Part shown: positions 27,755 through 40,580 of the stretch, piece after piece
Layout: each line of letters begins with the position of its first letter
How positions within the stretch are numbered: position 1 is the first letter of the stretch
NCBI GenBank assembly: GCA_951406725.2
Contig: OX597816.1
Span: forward strand, 88,288,001-88,352,000
From: Octopus vulgaris
Lineage: Eukaryota
Length of the DNA stretch: 64,000 nt
Direction: 5' to 3'
Notes under the pieces: model-generated
Seen by the model: only the letters and a program-made list of their open reading frames with translations
What the model was told of the DNA's origin: nothing
The model's database searches: none
Program-made: the position numbers and the translations under genes

Positions 27755-29995
27755 AACTTAGATAAACTTAGATATGTTTCGACCAAAGATTGGTCCAGGC
27801 CATGTCTAACTTAATAGCACCACCTGATAGGATTATTCGAATCCTGTTTAAGTCAAGTTTTGTTCAAGTAGTTAGTTTTTGTTGGGTGAGTTGTATCCAG
27901 TTTTGTTCAAGTAGTGAGTTATTGTTGGGTGAGTTGTATACAATTATGGGTGGCTTATCTGGTATTCTTTGAAAGAATCTATCCAGACTCTGTTTAAAGT
28001 TGATGGGATCCTTTTCCTTCTTTGATCTCCCTCGGGACAATGTTAAATAGGGCAGGGCCTGTTGAGGAAAAGAAATTATGTTGCAGTGTACATGTATGTT
28101 GTGATCTTGAATTGGTCAGGGGACGTATAGCCCGTGGTCCAAGTCTTGGATGAACCTTGAAGCTAATGTTTAGGTCGTTTGGACAAAGTTGGCGGTATAT
28201 TTTCCATATCGTACAAATGATGTACCGCTCACGGCGACGCTGGAGGGAGTAAAGTTTCAAGGCTTTAAGGCGATCCCAATAATCGAGAGCAGCCATGCCT
28301 TCAATCTGTTTAGTGAGTGCCCTCTGGGGTGACTCAATTCTGGAGATGTTTTGTCTTGTGTGAGGAGACCACAGTGGGCAGCAGTATTCAAGGTGTGGCC
28401 GTACAAAGGAGGAAAAAAGTGGTATGATGACACCTTGTTCTCTGGACCGGAAAGTTCTTAAGATCCAGGAACTCATCCTACGACCTTCTTGTTGATGTGT
28501 GCACTCCAACTGAGATCGTCATCAACAATTACACCCAGGTCTCTAATATTGTTAGAGGCTGTGAGCGGTTCCCCTGAAGGAAGAGAGTATGGTTGTTTTA
28601 TTGAGGAATTTCTTCCAAAATGCATCAGCTCAAATTTTCCCTCATTCAGTTGCATTTTGTTTCTGTCTGCCCATTGACTCACAGCATATAGATCAGACTG
28701 GAGTTGAGTTCGGTCTGATTCTTCATTGACGATTTGCTGGAGCTTAGTGTCATCAGCAAATATTTTCACTTTGCAGTAATGTACGACACTGGAAAGGTCG
28801 TTTACGTAATTTATGAAGAGTAGCGCACCCAAAACAGTTCCCTGGGGAACACCGCTGGTGACTTTGCTGGGTTTGAGTGGACTCCATCAACTACAACATG
28901 TTGTGTTCTATTCGCCAGGAAATACTTAATCCAGTGTAGAACATTTCCACGGATTCCAACGTTTGCCAATTTTGAGAGTAGGATATTATGGTCTACCCTG
29001 GCGAACGCTTTACTGAAGTCAAGATATATGACGTCAGAGTTCGAACCTGTTCCCAAGGCTTTGAGTACATCTTCAATGTGGTGTAAGAGCTGTGTTAGAC
29101 AGTCCCTGCCACAGCGAAAGCCATGCTGATTTGCATTTAGGAGTTTGTGGGTCTCCAGGAAGTCAGCTATCCTTGATCTTAACACTCTTTCAAACACTTT
29201 AATGATATGGGAGGTGAGTGAGATTGGGCGATAGTTGACTGCGAGGGATCTGTTTCCCTGTTTGAAAACCGGGATGACCGACTGGGATAGAAACTGTTTC
29301 GGTATATAACCTGCGTCTAACGAATTTTCCAGAGGTTGGTCAGAGGGACTGCAAGTTGGTATCTACATTCCTTCAGGAGACTAGCGGGAAATCTATCAGG
29401 GCCTACAGCAGAGTAATGTTTGACCTCATTTATTGCTGCCCTGATGTCGGTGATAGTGAAGGTTATGTCTGAGATTTTGTGTTGGGAGTCAACTTCGTTC
29501 GTTTCCCTTACGTCAATATCAGTGGGAACACTAAAGACAGAGCAGTATTGTTTCTGCAGTATTTCTGCCATTTCTTTAGCATCGTGTTGGGGAATACCGT
29601 TATCATCAATCAATGGCCCAATGGGTGAGACAGTGGTTCTATGCTTATTTGCATAAGAATAGAACACTTTTGGGTTCTGTTTGATGTTTTTGATTACCCA
29701 TTGTTCCTCCACAGCTCTTTGATTTTCAATGGAGGTTTTCATGTTGGTCTGCAGATGAAGTTTTTCCAGCTCTAGTCTTTTCATTGTTGTTGAATGTGGA
29801 TGTTGTGTGTGGGAATATTTTAATTGGTTGATTTTTTTGTTGAGTCTTTTGATGCGCCTGATGAGTGTTTTTTTCTTTTTAGGGAGCCGGTTTCTGTTTG
29901 TGTTAGTAGATTTCTTGGGAGCGTGTTTAGAGCATGTATAGGTGACAATGTTTTCAAAGTGCTGCCACGCGGTCTCAATATGAGAGGAATTGAGA
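27755..29995 (-). mobile_element. CR1-like LINE, 5'-truncated, ORF2 reverse transcriptase pseudogene
   Basis: Successive frameshifted ORFs: AVGPDRFP, NYRPISLTS, NQHGFR..RDCLTQLL, DVIYLDFSKAF.RVDH, GVPQGTVLG, FADDTKL, VRPHLEYC..WSP, RLKALKLYSLQRRRER. The 3' end has a short tandem tail (TCTAAGTTTA)2. Confidence 0.92.
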
Positions 29996-30176
29996 GTACA
30001 TACATACATATATACATATATATATGTATGTATGTATATATAGATACATATATATATATGTAAATGTGTATTTATATACATATATATATATATACATACA
30101 TACATACATACATACATACATACATACATACATACATACATACATGCATGCATGCATACATACATACATACATACA

Positions 30177-30210
<34 letters not shown>

Positions 30211-30228
30211 CATACATACATACATACA

Positions 30229-30261
<33 letters not shown>

Positions 30262-30660
30262 CCCAGATTAAAATTCGGTAATACAGAAAAATAGCATTCA
30301 GCGACCACTTCGACATTTGCGCCGATAAACAACCCAGTTTCAGAATATTTCCCCTCTATGAATCCAGGGACGATGCAGCCTGTAGTCAGCTCATTAGCAA
30401 AGTCTTATATTTTGATCACAAAATATAAACCCCTTTTGAATGCGTCCACCACAAATGACACTACTACAAGAGCCTTAGAATAATACCCAGGCAAACATTA
30501 AAAACCATATATTGAGAACCATCATTACCCACGACTTTGTTCAGAACAATTCCAATCATTACTATTACAACAACAACAGTTAACTTTTAGGTCACTTGAC
30601 AGTTTAAGAGGATTCCACCAAAATCCTAATACTGTCATACCACTCCCGTATTTATATTAT
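30262..30660 (+). mobile_element. PLE 3' fragment (GIY-YIG C-terminus plus 3' UTR), decayed
   Basis: QIKIR*YRKIAFSDHFDICADKQPSFRIFPLY...KYKPLLN aligns with the C-terminus of the 31199-31975 ORF (QQIRDPEVRQIPLSNHLATC..IFPFY...KFEPKLN). Confidence 0.7.
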
Positions 30661-30714
30661 TTTTGTCTTCTTCTTCTCCTCTTCTTCTTTACTTTGCTTT
30701 ATTTTCCTTATTCT

Positions 30715-30907
30715 TTCTTTTATTCTTTTACTTGACTGCGGCCATGCTGAATCATCGCCTTTAGTTGGACAAATCGACCCCAGGACTTATTCTTTGTAAG
30801 CCTATCGGTCTCTTTTGCCGAACCGCTAAGTTACGGGGACGTAAACGCATCGACATCGGTTGTCAAACGATAGTAGGGCGACAAATACACACACACCAAC
30901 ACACACA

Positions 30908-30958
<51 letters not shown>

Positions 30959-31095
30959 GAAGGTCTTCTTCCAGTTTCCATCTACCAAATCCACTCACAA
31001 GGGTTTGATAGGCAGAGACTAAGTAGAAGGCACTTACCCAAGGTTCCACCATGTGGTTGGGAAGCAAGTTTCTCCCCACACGGCTACTCTGGCGC
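30715..31095 (-). mobile_element. SINE family A copy
   Basis: GACTGCGGCCATGCTG, ATCGACCCCAGGACTTATTCTTTGTAAG, internal (TA)n, TCTACCAAATCCACTCACAA; reverse complement of 8769-9213. Confidence 0.8.
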
Positions 31096-31198
31096 TTATC
31101 ATATATCTATATATATATATATATATATAGATATATATATATATATGGGTGTGTGTGATTGTGTATAGAAGAATATATTAATAAAAAGAATTCCAACC

Positions 31199-31975
31199 TT
31201 GTCTGATTTTCACGTTTTATTTACAATCTTATTGTATTTACAATCTTATTTACAAAGAGAATTTTTGCTCAAACAAAAATACCCATCTCTACTTATAGAA
31301 AATGGCATACAGCGGGCTATAAAAATACCTATACAACAACTTAGGACAACCCAAGGAAGAGGAAAACAAGAACAAGTCATACCATTCATAGTGACACACA
31401 ACCCATGTCACCAGAATATCTTCAACATTGCCAAAGCAAACCTACCAATCATTGCCCAAAGTAATGAATTAAAAGACATAATCAAGGATCGAGCTATGGT
31501 GCTTAGTAAAAGACAGCCTAAAAACTTGAAAACATTACTAACAAAGGCAAAATTTGACCTCAGCAACAAAGACCAAACATTCACGGTATCTAAATGCAAT
31601 GATAGCCGATGTGGCACATGCCAATTCATACATACCGGTCAATATATAAACACAAAAACCGGGAAAATATTCACAAACGCGAATATGAACTGCAAAAGCA
31701 GAAATTTAATTTACTGCATCAAATGCCCAAATTGTGAAGAAATATATGTAGGTCAGACGGGAAACGCACTATTAGAACGCTCACGTGTACACCGGCAACA
31801 GATTAGAGACCCAGAGGTCCGTCAGATACCTTTGAGTAACCACCTAGCAACATGTGGTCGGAAAATATATATAATATTTCCATTCTACAAATTACACAGC
31901 CCAAGTGAAATCGAGAGGAAAATCAGAGAAAAGAATTTTATTGATAAATTCGAACCCAAGCTAAATAAGCAATAA
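31199..31975 (+). CDS. PLE ORF C-terminal part: RT thumb remnant, Cys-rich linker and GIY-YIG endonuclease (open, but 5'-truncated; real homology starts ~31250)
   Basis: KQKYP, IPFIVTHNP, RQPKNLK.LL, CNDSRCGTC, MNCKSRNLIYCIKCPNCEEIYVGQT, R...H, E...I.KF.PKLN. The CxxC between the GIY and YIG motifs is typical of the Neptune group. Confidence 0.85.
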   Translation: MSDFHVLFTILLYLQSYLQREFLLKQKYPSLLIENGIQRAIKIPIQQLRTTQGRGKQEQVIPFIVTHNPCHQNIFNIAKANLPIIAQSNELKDIIKDRAMVLSKRQPKNLKTLLTKAKFDLSNKDQTFTVSKCNDSRCGTCQFIHTGQYINTKTGKIFTNANMNCKSRNLIYCIKCPNCEEIYVGQTGNALLERSRVHRQQIRDPEVRQIPLSNHLATCGRKIYIIFPFYKLHSPSEIERKIREKNFIDKFEPKLNKQ

Positions 31976-32292
31976 TAATAATACTTAGAGGTATTACTTC
32001 CACTGCTACGACCATGACCACTAACAACAACAACAATACTAAAGGTGATCAAGACGAAGATAGCAGGAAAATTATCTTATTTAGGGTTAAAAGTTCTATT
32101 GCCACCACCATCACCACTAGCAACAATAATTAAGGTGCTGACAATGATGATGATGACAATTGAAATATAAAAATATAAAAATCTCTGACAAAGGATATTT
32201 ACAACATTTCTAAAAATAACCCAACAATTGCTGCTTCGGCCAGGGTCAAGATACAGGACTCTTGACCTGTCCAACAAGGCGTGATGCCTAAA

Positions 32293-32408
32293 CCAATCAG
32301 CTCAACCAACCAATCAGCTTAAGTAATTGAGTGATACTACACACTGATTGGTCAGAATACAGTTTGCAAAACCTAGCACTCTGGAGCCTACCCAGCTGTA
32401 TTTATAGC
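32293..32408 (+). promoter_or_regulatory. Putative Pol II promoter in the PLE pLTR
   Basis: CCAATCAG at 32293 and 32310, inverted CTGATTGG at ~32344, and TATA-like TATTTATA at ~32399, about 70 bp upstream of the hammerhead. Confidence 0.45.
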
Positions 32409-32469
32409 ACAGAATCACTCATCTTGCTACAGTCAAAAATTGTGAAGCATGACTGTCAACACTACTACA

Positions 32470-32514
32470 TGAACCCGAAGATTGCAGAATTCAATGCATG
32501 AAAGTACTAGTTCA
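32470..32514 (+). ncRNA. Type I hammerhead motif, variant core CCGAAGA
   Basis: TGAAC-CCGAAGA-T TGCA GAATTCAA TGCA T-GAAA-GTA-CTA-GTTCA. Stem I TGAAC/GTTCA, palindromic AGTACT stem III; located in the pLTR of a GIY-YIG PLE. Confidence 0.75.
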
Positions 32515-32643
32515 ATCAGAATGAATATTTAACATTCTACTATTTCATTTTATTTTATTCAATTATAATATATTATCTTATAATATATCATTATAAGATT
32601 GTAAATAAAACGTGAAAATCAGACAAGGTTGGAATTCTTTTAT

Positions 32644-32736
<93 letters not shown>

Positions 32737-33289
32737 TGTATGTATCCGCGTTACTGCGCTTTCGTCGCTGGATCTGCGTTAGAAATTGTCAAGTATAGAA
32801 ATTCTCAAGGTTATATTTTAAATGATTAATATGGAAAACGGGGTGTAACTAGAAGCTTTATCTAGCACAACAATCGTTTCAGCTTCCTTCAAAACTGCTC
32901 CCTAGTGATTCTGGGACGATGTAATGACATCAGATGCAACGCACAGTGCAGAGCGCCCCATCAGGTGACGTAATATGTTTCAAAAGTTATGAGATGTATA
33001 TTTCGCTTTTGGTTCAAGTTATTTGCTGATGGTGTGTTGCTAGTAGTTCACACACATTTTGTTGGAACTACAAATATGTATGTATGTATGTATGTATGTA
33101 TATATGTATGTATGTATGTATGTTTGTTTGTATGTATGTATGTATGTATGTATGTATGCATGTATGTATGTTTGTATGCATGTATACATGTTTCAAGATA
33201 TGATCCGATTTGAATGCAATAACATTATAAGAAACGAGCTATCTTTCGTGGAGTTAGACAGTAAGCAACATTAACAGCCACGAATGAGG

Positions 33290-34650
33290 CTGCCATCAAG
33301 CAGTGGTGAGTTATGCTCCGACAAGTTGGGGGATGGCCAGCTTTGCTTCTGTTATCCAGAAGTAGTGGACTGGAACTATATTTTGGATGCATGGAGGGAC
33401 TGTGTAAGAATAGGGCATAAGAAAAAAGCGTCCCAAGTTGCTCACATTTCGCCGCTATCTGGCAAATACCGACTAGATGTCTCTGATATGCTAGTTTTGA
33501 TAGGGAGCTTCTACAGTGGGTCATACGGATTATATCTTGATAGAGTATTTATTTAGCTAGCAAGGAGAAGTAGTGGATAATGCGTACAATTGAAAGTGTT
33601 CTTGCGGGATTTATTCAGAGATCACAAACTTATAACCTGCTCAGTCAACTTAGATAGAAACCATAGACATTGACGTGGTTACTGGAAGCTGAACATGTTC
33701 TTATTCTTGCGCAAATGCTACAAACCGGATGAAGGAGTTAGTTAAAAGGCAGATCACAGGAGCAATCATCAACAATCTGTGGTAAAGTACCGTGAAGAGA
33801 ACGATTGGATAGGAATAAATAGCTTTTAACAAGAAATTGGCCATAGAGAGATTGGAAAGGGAATTAGCTCGTTATCCAGAAGAAACGATTATCAAAGACA
33901 TTTTAACAGACGTGCAAGCGGCAGAAATGGCCCATAACCTTTTCTCCTACATAAAACACGAAGGGGAGGGGGCTATGTTGACAGAGCTAACACACATGAT
34001 GTAAAACACGAGGGAACTAAACGCTCTACAATGGGTCCCATGGGTGATGGCGCGAATCGCAACCGAACATCAATCTGGTTTTTGACAGATAGGGGTGGGA
34101 TCGTGCTACTCGACTCCGAGCAGATGTGTGTGGTTTTCCAGCAACAACTTGCTCAACTATTCAGAGAAATATGAATCGGAGATGGCAGTGGGCTATAATG
34201 CTTCCTCGGCGGCCGGAAAGGCGTGCTGCAAGAAGCTAATATCAGCAGTTGAAATAAGAAAGGTGTTGAGATGTTGCCGAAGCAAAATTCCCACACTTTG
34301 GGTGGTCTGCCATCGAGATCTTTATGAGTTCATACCAAATATATTTAATGATCTTTCGGCAGACGTCTACCATATAACGGGAGAATAGCTAGGGCTGTGA
34401 GACAGGGAGCAATAATGTTACTGATAAAAACGACGTCAAAAGGAAAGTTGTAGGCAATCTTCAGCCAATAACTATGCTTGTCTCTTGTGTGACTCACAAA
34501 GTGCAACAGTGCCGGATCCCAAACAGGTCCATCTATGACAAGCTTCACGTTGTGTGATACATCATAGAGCATGTTGACAGCAAAGCTGAATCCCCGATAA
34601 TAATTTCGTTCAACCGAAAACTTTTTGATATGTTCGATCGCCTTTACGTA
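33290..34650 (+). mobile_element. L1/Tx1-like LINE ORF2 fragment (APE end to RT start), decayed
   Basis: LYLDRVFI (APE), P.LGGLP..LYE, GAI.LL.K..NLQPITM, NRSIYDKLH...FD..D (cf. GRSIxDN...KAFDRVD). Confidence 0.65.
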
Positions 34651-34772
34651 GAAGTTGCTTGAAAGTAGCTGTATTCCGAGCTTTTTTTTCGAGTCTAGAT
34701 TGCTGCAATGCACAGTGACGCCTGTCTCTCAATTGACTCTAGAAGTCCTCCAGAATGTAAAGGATCACACCC

Positions 34773-34802
34773 TCATCATCATTATCACCATCATTTCTTC
34801 CA

Positions 34803-34851
<49 letters not shown>

Positions 34852-35101
34852 GTCTTTTCATAATATTGTATAGTATCTATACTTATATTTCATTTTTCCT
34901 TTTTAGTTTGCTTTATCACTATTCTATTCCTGTGTAAACCTCTATGTATTATATTTGTCTTGGCACCCTCTCCCTCAACCGCCGTCCTTTCGACAAGTAA
35001 AAGAAATCATCATCATCATCATCATCATCGTCGCCATCATCATCATCATCATCATCATCATCACCATCACCACCACTATCACCAGTAGTAGTAGTAGTAG
35101 C

Positions 35102-35180
<79 letters not shown>

Positions 35181-35964
35181 TCAATATTTATAATGATGAC
35201 GACTATGAACATGATAATTTCCTAATTAGGCATGAAGCCTAAGAGATATGGCAGCCGAGAAATGATAGAGATTTCTTTTCTCTTAAACTTGGTTTATTTC
35301 CTTTCTTATTTTTATAATTTATTTCACGTTGATGCATTTCTGGAAATTGAAGTGAAGCGTTTGGTGCTGCTTCACTTATTTCGCTATTATCTCACATCGT
35401 CACTTCCATCACAGATGTAGTAGCTATTACTGCACCACCACTACCAGCACCAATACCACCACCACCAACAACAACAAGAACAAAAACATTAGCACCACTA
35501 TCAGCAGCAGTACTATCATCACCATCACCGCCACCGCCACCACCCCACCCCTATCACCACTACTGCTAACACCAAGCCGCTAGAACACCACTAACAACAC
35601 TTCACCACCAGCGCCACTGACACCACCACTCCCAGAAACATCATTAACATTACTACCACAACCACCACGTCGACGACCACTGTCGTCACGCCACCTCAAC
35701 TACCACCACTAACAATACCACAACCCACTATCACCTCCACCTCCACAACCATCATTAGCAACACCACTACGACCACCACGTCAACCATTATCACCACCAC
35801 CACCATCACATCACCACTACCGCTACCACTAACAACACCATCAAAATCACCACCACCAACACCACCACCAGCTTCAACTTCTTTCTTGTTTATGTTTTCA
35901 TTCTTCTTTTCCCCTCTCTTTTTCCCTCTCCTCCTCCTCCTCCCCCTTCTCCTACTACTACTTA

Positions 35965-36028
<64 letters not shown>

Positions 36029-36282
36029 CCATCATCATTATTATTATTCTTTTCCTCCTTCCCCTTCTACTTCTTTTCCATCTTATTTTTCCTTCTTCAC
36101 TTTCTTCTTTTCCTTCTTGCTCTTCTACCTCTTCTTCTTTTCCTCCTCCTTCCCCTCCTCCTACTCCTCCTCCTACTCCTCCTCCTCCTACTACTACTAC
36201 AACTACAATAATATCACCTCACCACCACTACTATTCCTACTACAACTACTACGAACACCACCAACACCATTACTGCAACCAT

Positions 36283-36318
<36 letters not shown>

Positions 36319-36760
36319 TTACTACTACTACTACTACTATTACTTCTACTACTACTACTGCTGCTGCTGCTACTACAAATACCACCACCGTTACTACAAG
36401 CAACAAGACCAACGTCAATACCAGCAACAATTACAACAGCTATGACATCCCTGGTACCCCATCATCAGTTTATGAGGTAAATAAAGGAATGAAGAAAGCA
36501 ACAACTGCCCTACAACTACCATCACTGCCATCATTATCAGCACTGTCATCAACATCATCTTCTCCATCATCATCGTCGTCGTCAGCATCATCATCATCAA
36601 AACCACCATCACCACTTCCCCTGCCGTCATTACCACCGTCACCAGTATCACCCTCATCCTTATCCATTGTTACCACCACCACCACCATACCATCATCACC
36701 ATGATCATCATCACTGTCGTCGTCGTAGTCGTTGTCATCGACATCATCATCAATATTAGT
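34773..36760. repeat. Compound trinucleotide low-complexity block ((CAT)n,(TAG)n,(CAC)n,(ATT)n,(CCT)n,(ACT)n)
   Basis: Directly visible arrays; they account for the poly-S/T/I/V ORFs in the track. Confidence 0.9.
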
Positions 36761-37949
36761 AAAAAAAAAATGTTAATAAATTGCAAGACCAAGAGAATGC
36801 AAAACTTTACCATGATATACACAGAAAAAAGTGGGAGTCATGTTTCTTCTGCCTCTTCTCCCATCCCTCCTTATTTTCCTCCTCCTTTCTCTGCTTATCA
36901 CTACCATTGTTATAGTCAACACAGCATCCTTATTTTCATCGTTTACAGAGAGCGTCTCTGATTTACCAGCAACAGTAGCATTAGCAACGGGTATCAACAT
37001 CTTTGAAATTCTCAACAAAACAAGAGCCTGAGCAACTGCAAAGAGAAAAACAAACAAAAAGAAAAGCAAGCATAAACAGCAACAACGAAAAGAAATATGA
37101 AGAATAATGGTGGGATTTGAGAATTATATTTCTAAAAACAAAAATTAATCAATAATAAAATAGAATATAGAATATAGAATATTTTGTAAAGTTCATTAAC
37201 AGGTGAAGCCTCTATGTTAAAAATGTCAAGTGCTTTGTTTATAGACATGCTCTTTAAAAAATTTCAACATGTTTATGATAGTTCTTTTCATGACGAGATA
37301 GAAAATAGGGAGAACAGCTGCAACGGACAAAATCAATTGCTTATTGGATTTGTCGACCGGAAGATCCATCCACCCATCCATCTATTCACCCACCTATCCA
37401 CCTGCTCATCCAACCAGCTTGCCAGCAAGGCAACCATCTATCCCGCTATAGACCCCAAGGTTAATAACCTTAATGTCATTCTAGTGTTCCGTCTTTGCTT
37501 CTGTGCTATTCTGCTCCCAAAAGGTCATATCCACCAAGCAGAAAATGTATGTCTCATTGCTTGTTTGTTTGTGCGTTTGATTGTTTGTGTGTGCGTGTGT
37601 ATGTATGCGTGTGTGTTTGTTTTATACCTATTAATGCGTGTGTGTTTGTTTTATACCTATTTATGCATATTAAAGTCACTTTCAACTAGAAGTAGTCTCT
37701 CAACTAGAAAAAATACAGCCAACTCGCGCTGAAAACACCCTACCATTTTAAAAATAGAAGTAACTGATGATATAGTTCTCCATACACTATATCTGATATT
37801 CCTTTATCATAGGTCTGCTCAGTGGGACCGGCTTGGGTTTAGCATCATCGTCACTAACAATAGCAAAAGCAACAACGACATCGCTGACGACGACAATAAA
37901 AGCTCTCAGTACTGTAATTGATGTAATAGTTTTAAAAATTAACATAACC

Positions 37950-38320
37950 TTTCGCCAGGCTGTAATTGTCAGGCAATCACTGAGATTAGCAAAGACACTT
38001 CGCTAACGGTAAGTAAAGATCATAGAAGTTGAGGCACAATACATCAAACTGTCCAGAGATGCGAACTTTGGATGCACAAGAGATGTAGCCCTGCTGTTAT
38101 CACCTGTAAAGATCTCACTTGAGAAGGATGTCAAGTAAAGAAATACCATCTCTCCAAAGCTCATTACTACATGTCTAGAAATAGTCATCAAGGATATCGA
38201 TTGGACATGTAATATCAGCTTGCAAGTTGCATTCTAGTAATCTGTTTTAGACGCCCATGAAATTGTACTCACGCTCTCAACTCTTGCAGCCTTGATTCAG
38301 CAGAACATTCAAAGACTTAA
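37950..38320 (+). mobile_element. RTE-clade LINE RT fragment
   Basis: VKISLEKDVK*RNTISPKLITTCLEIVIKDIDW (cf. GVKQGDTISPKLF..CLE) followed by a decayed FADDIVL-like segment. Confidence 0.7.
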
Positions 38321-39496
38321 CAAATGGAGAGACAATGGGATGCGTCCCATCAATTTGACTGGTACTTTATTTTACCCAGCCCGGAAAGATGAAAAGCAAA
38401 TCTGTCTTGGACATGATTCGAACGCAAGACCTAAAGAATCGAGACAAATACTGTAATTGCTCCAATCTATTGTCATTTAATCGATTTGGAAGACTGAGAA
38501 GCGAAGTTGGAAATTGGAACCCAGAATGTAAGCCAGAACAAATACAATATATTTTCTTGATACTGTAATGGTTCAACCAATTCATCGCTTTAAAACCGTA
38601 TTTCACAGTGCTCATACAACAATCTATACTTGGTGGGTTGGACAGCAACATTTATATTGTAAAACTAACGGTTAGGCATTTCATTAACAAGAAATACTGA
38701 GTAAATATACTCTCAAAGATGTGTAGAGAGAAGAGGGGTACATCAGAATAAATCAATCAGTGATATTTTGGTGGGATAGAGTAGGGCTTTGTCCAAGGTG
38801 AAAAGAATTACGGATAATTGGTCTTTACAACCAAACTAAACTATGGTTAATTAAAGTTTGATGATATTAATGTGTTTGATGATCAGGTTACAATTCCGAA
38901 TGTTCGTATCTGAAATGGGAAAAAGTTGTACAAAGGAAATATTCCAGAGATATGCAGTCCTAGATAGGAATCTGTGAATAAATTACTAAGTGTAGTAGAA
39001 ATAATACTATACATTAGTATTAGTAATTAATGGAGATGATGGTGGTGGTAGTGATGACAGCGGTGTGGGGAGGGTTGGTTTTGGCGGTGAGACGGTGTTT
39101 AGCTTCATATCAATCCTGATTAAGCAAACTTACGTTCAAGAGCGTTGTATAATATACATTTTTTCTTGGATTATATAATCCTGAATTCATGTCTCCCTAT
39201 TTTAAAAAGGATTGGACATGTTGTAAAGAAGATATGCTGCTAGTTTTATAGTACGGACACCACTGCTCTTCGGCTCGCTAACGAAGTGAATAAGGCGAAG
39301 AAGGTCATGGGTTAGGGTTGTTATGATAAATAAAGCACTCTTTCAGCTGCAAGACCAATATGAAAGAAAGCACCAACGACACTTTGAAAATCCATTAATC
39401 AATTACAGAACGATGCGCATCTTAATCAAGCAACACAAAGAAAATGCAATCTATGGAGTTTTTAAAAATAACATACACTTCATAAACGCACAACAA

Positions 39497-39734
39497 ATGA
39501 GGCAGCTTTGACTGAGGCAGTTATGACTGAGGCAACTATGACTGAGGTAGCTGTGACTGAGGCAGCAATGGCTGAGGCGGCTATGGCTGAGGTAGCTATG
39601 ACTGAGGTAGCTGCGACTGAGGTAGCTGTGACTGAGGCAGCAATGGCTGAGGCGGCTATGACTGAGGTAGCTATGACTGAGGTAGCTATAACTGAGACAG
39701 CAATAGCTGAGGCAGCTATGACTGAGGCAGCTAT
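39497..39734. repeat. 15-bp minisatellite (consensus ATGACTGAGGCAGCT), ~15-16 units
   Basis: Tandem units are directly visible; units 3-7 resemble units 8-12 (75-bp higher-order duplication). Confidence 0.9.
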
Positions 39735-40580
39735 CGTTTCACCACTGCAAAAAAAAATTTGGAAGGAGTCCTTCCTGTAATATAGGCACATATTTATCTG
39801 AGTTTATGTTTCCCTCACACTCTACCAGCTCTGATCAACCATTGCTCCAAATTGCTCCCAGACCATCACAGAATAGCTGCTGTGTTCCATTGTTGGCTTC
39901 TATCGTTTTACATCAAATTCTTGATCACAGAATCTCCAGACCCGCACTCGAGCACTGTCAGGAAATACAGCACATTCGGACTCATCAGAGAATATGACTC
40001 TGTCCCAAAATGCTAGTGGCCTCTCCACTATCTCACTGGTCCAATCTTTTTTCCGCTTGATGTTGGCTTCCTTCTTGATGCTCTGCCATAGTAACCAAGT
40101 TTGTGGAGAGACCTAACTGCTGTTCTGGGACTGACACCAACATGTTCTGCTATGTCATAGGCCTTGCAACGAGGATTATCCTCCACGCTTCTCTTAACAA
40201 AGAGAAGAGTCTTGTCAGAGGTCCCTGATTGATCTGGGCTAGGTGATATGGACTCCTTCTTCTCCCTGGTGAATTGCACATTCACTCTATTAACTGGAGA
40301 AAAAGGGATTCCAATTTTTTCTGCGATTATACGTTCACCGTCAGAATGACCCACAATACGGTCTCTTTGAAATTCAGACATTTCCAAGGTTTTTCTTGCA
40401 CGTGGCAATGACTAAAAAATCACATATAGAACCTGAAACATAAAAATGTCAATTAATAAAATTATAAACCTTTACAAGTTGGAATAAACCTTAAAACGAT
40501 GTTTTATGGGGTGTCTGTTTACTTCTGTTATGTCTGTGTATATGCAAATATGCACACTCACATGGCCGAACCCAGTAAAA
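39735..40580 (-). mobile_element. Tc1-family DNA transposon, 5' two-thirds, decayed
   Basis: ORF 40028-40408 has paired HTHs (SEFQRDRIVG, IAEKIGIPFS, VSPRTAVRSLHKLGYYGRASRRKP), then FWDRVIFSDES, SVMVWGAI and EGNINSDKY. It breaks off at the minisatellite. Confidence 0.85.

Larger units (their letters stand above)
31175..32648 (+). mobile_element. 5'-truncated Penelope-like element (Neptune-type) with inverted partial pLTR at its 5' end, inserted at (TA)n
   Basis: GIY-YIG ORF, downstream pLTR with an HHR, and a ~52-bp inverted repeat (31181-31232 vs 32593-32643: AGAATTCCAACCTTGTCTGATTTTCACGTTTTATTTACAATCTTAT). Confidence 0.9.

Noticed and set aside
31199-31975. GIY-YIG ORF as a domesticated host nuclease gene
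   Set aside because: No ATG start (the ORF begins within the inverted pLTR), and it is flanked by pLTR/HHR and (TA)n. A truncated PLE explains it fully.
32745-33060. Possible minus-strand Helitron end (GC-rich hairpin near 32745-32775)
   Set aside because: No CTRR terminus or 5' TC end could be identified; too weak to call.
35886-36704. 272-aa Ser/Thr/Pro-rich ORF resembling a mucin or membrane protein
   Set aside because: Built from adjacent trinucleotide arrays; starts at a non-ATG codon, and I see no splice or homology support.
37670-37850. Old dispersed repeat, with apparent relatives near 14480-14630, 15490-15610, 39095-39270, 42975-43140 and 61830-61930
   Set aside because: Similarity is only patchy by eye, and I cannot define boundaries or class without alignment.
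39971-39990. CTGATGAGTCCGAAT on the minus strand, resembling a hammerhead core
   Set aside because: It is the codon string for the Tc1 catalytic motif FSDES; there is no GAAA and no stem I/III.
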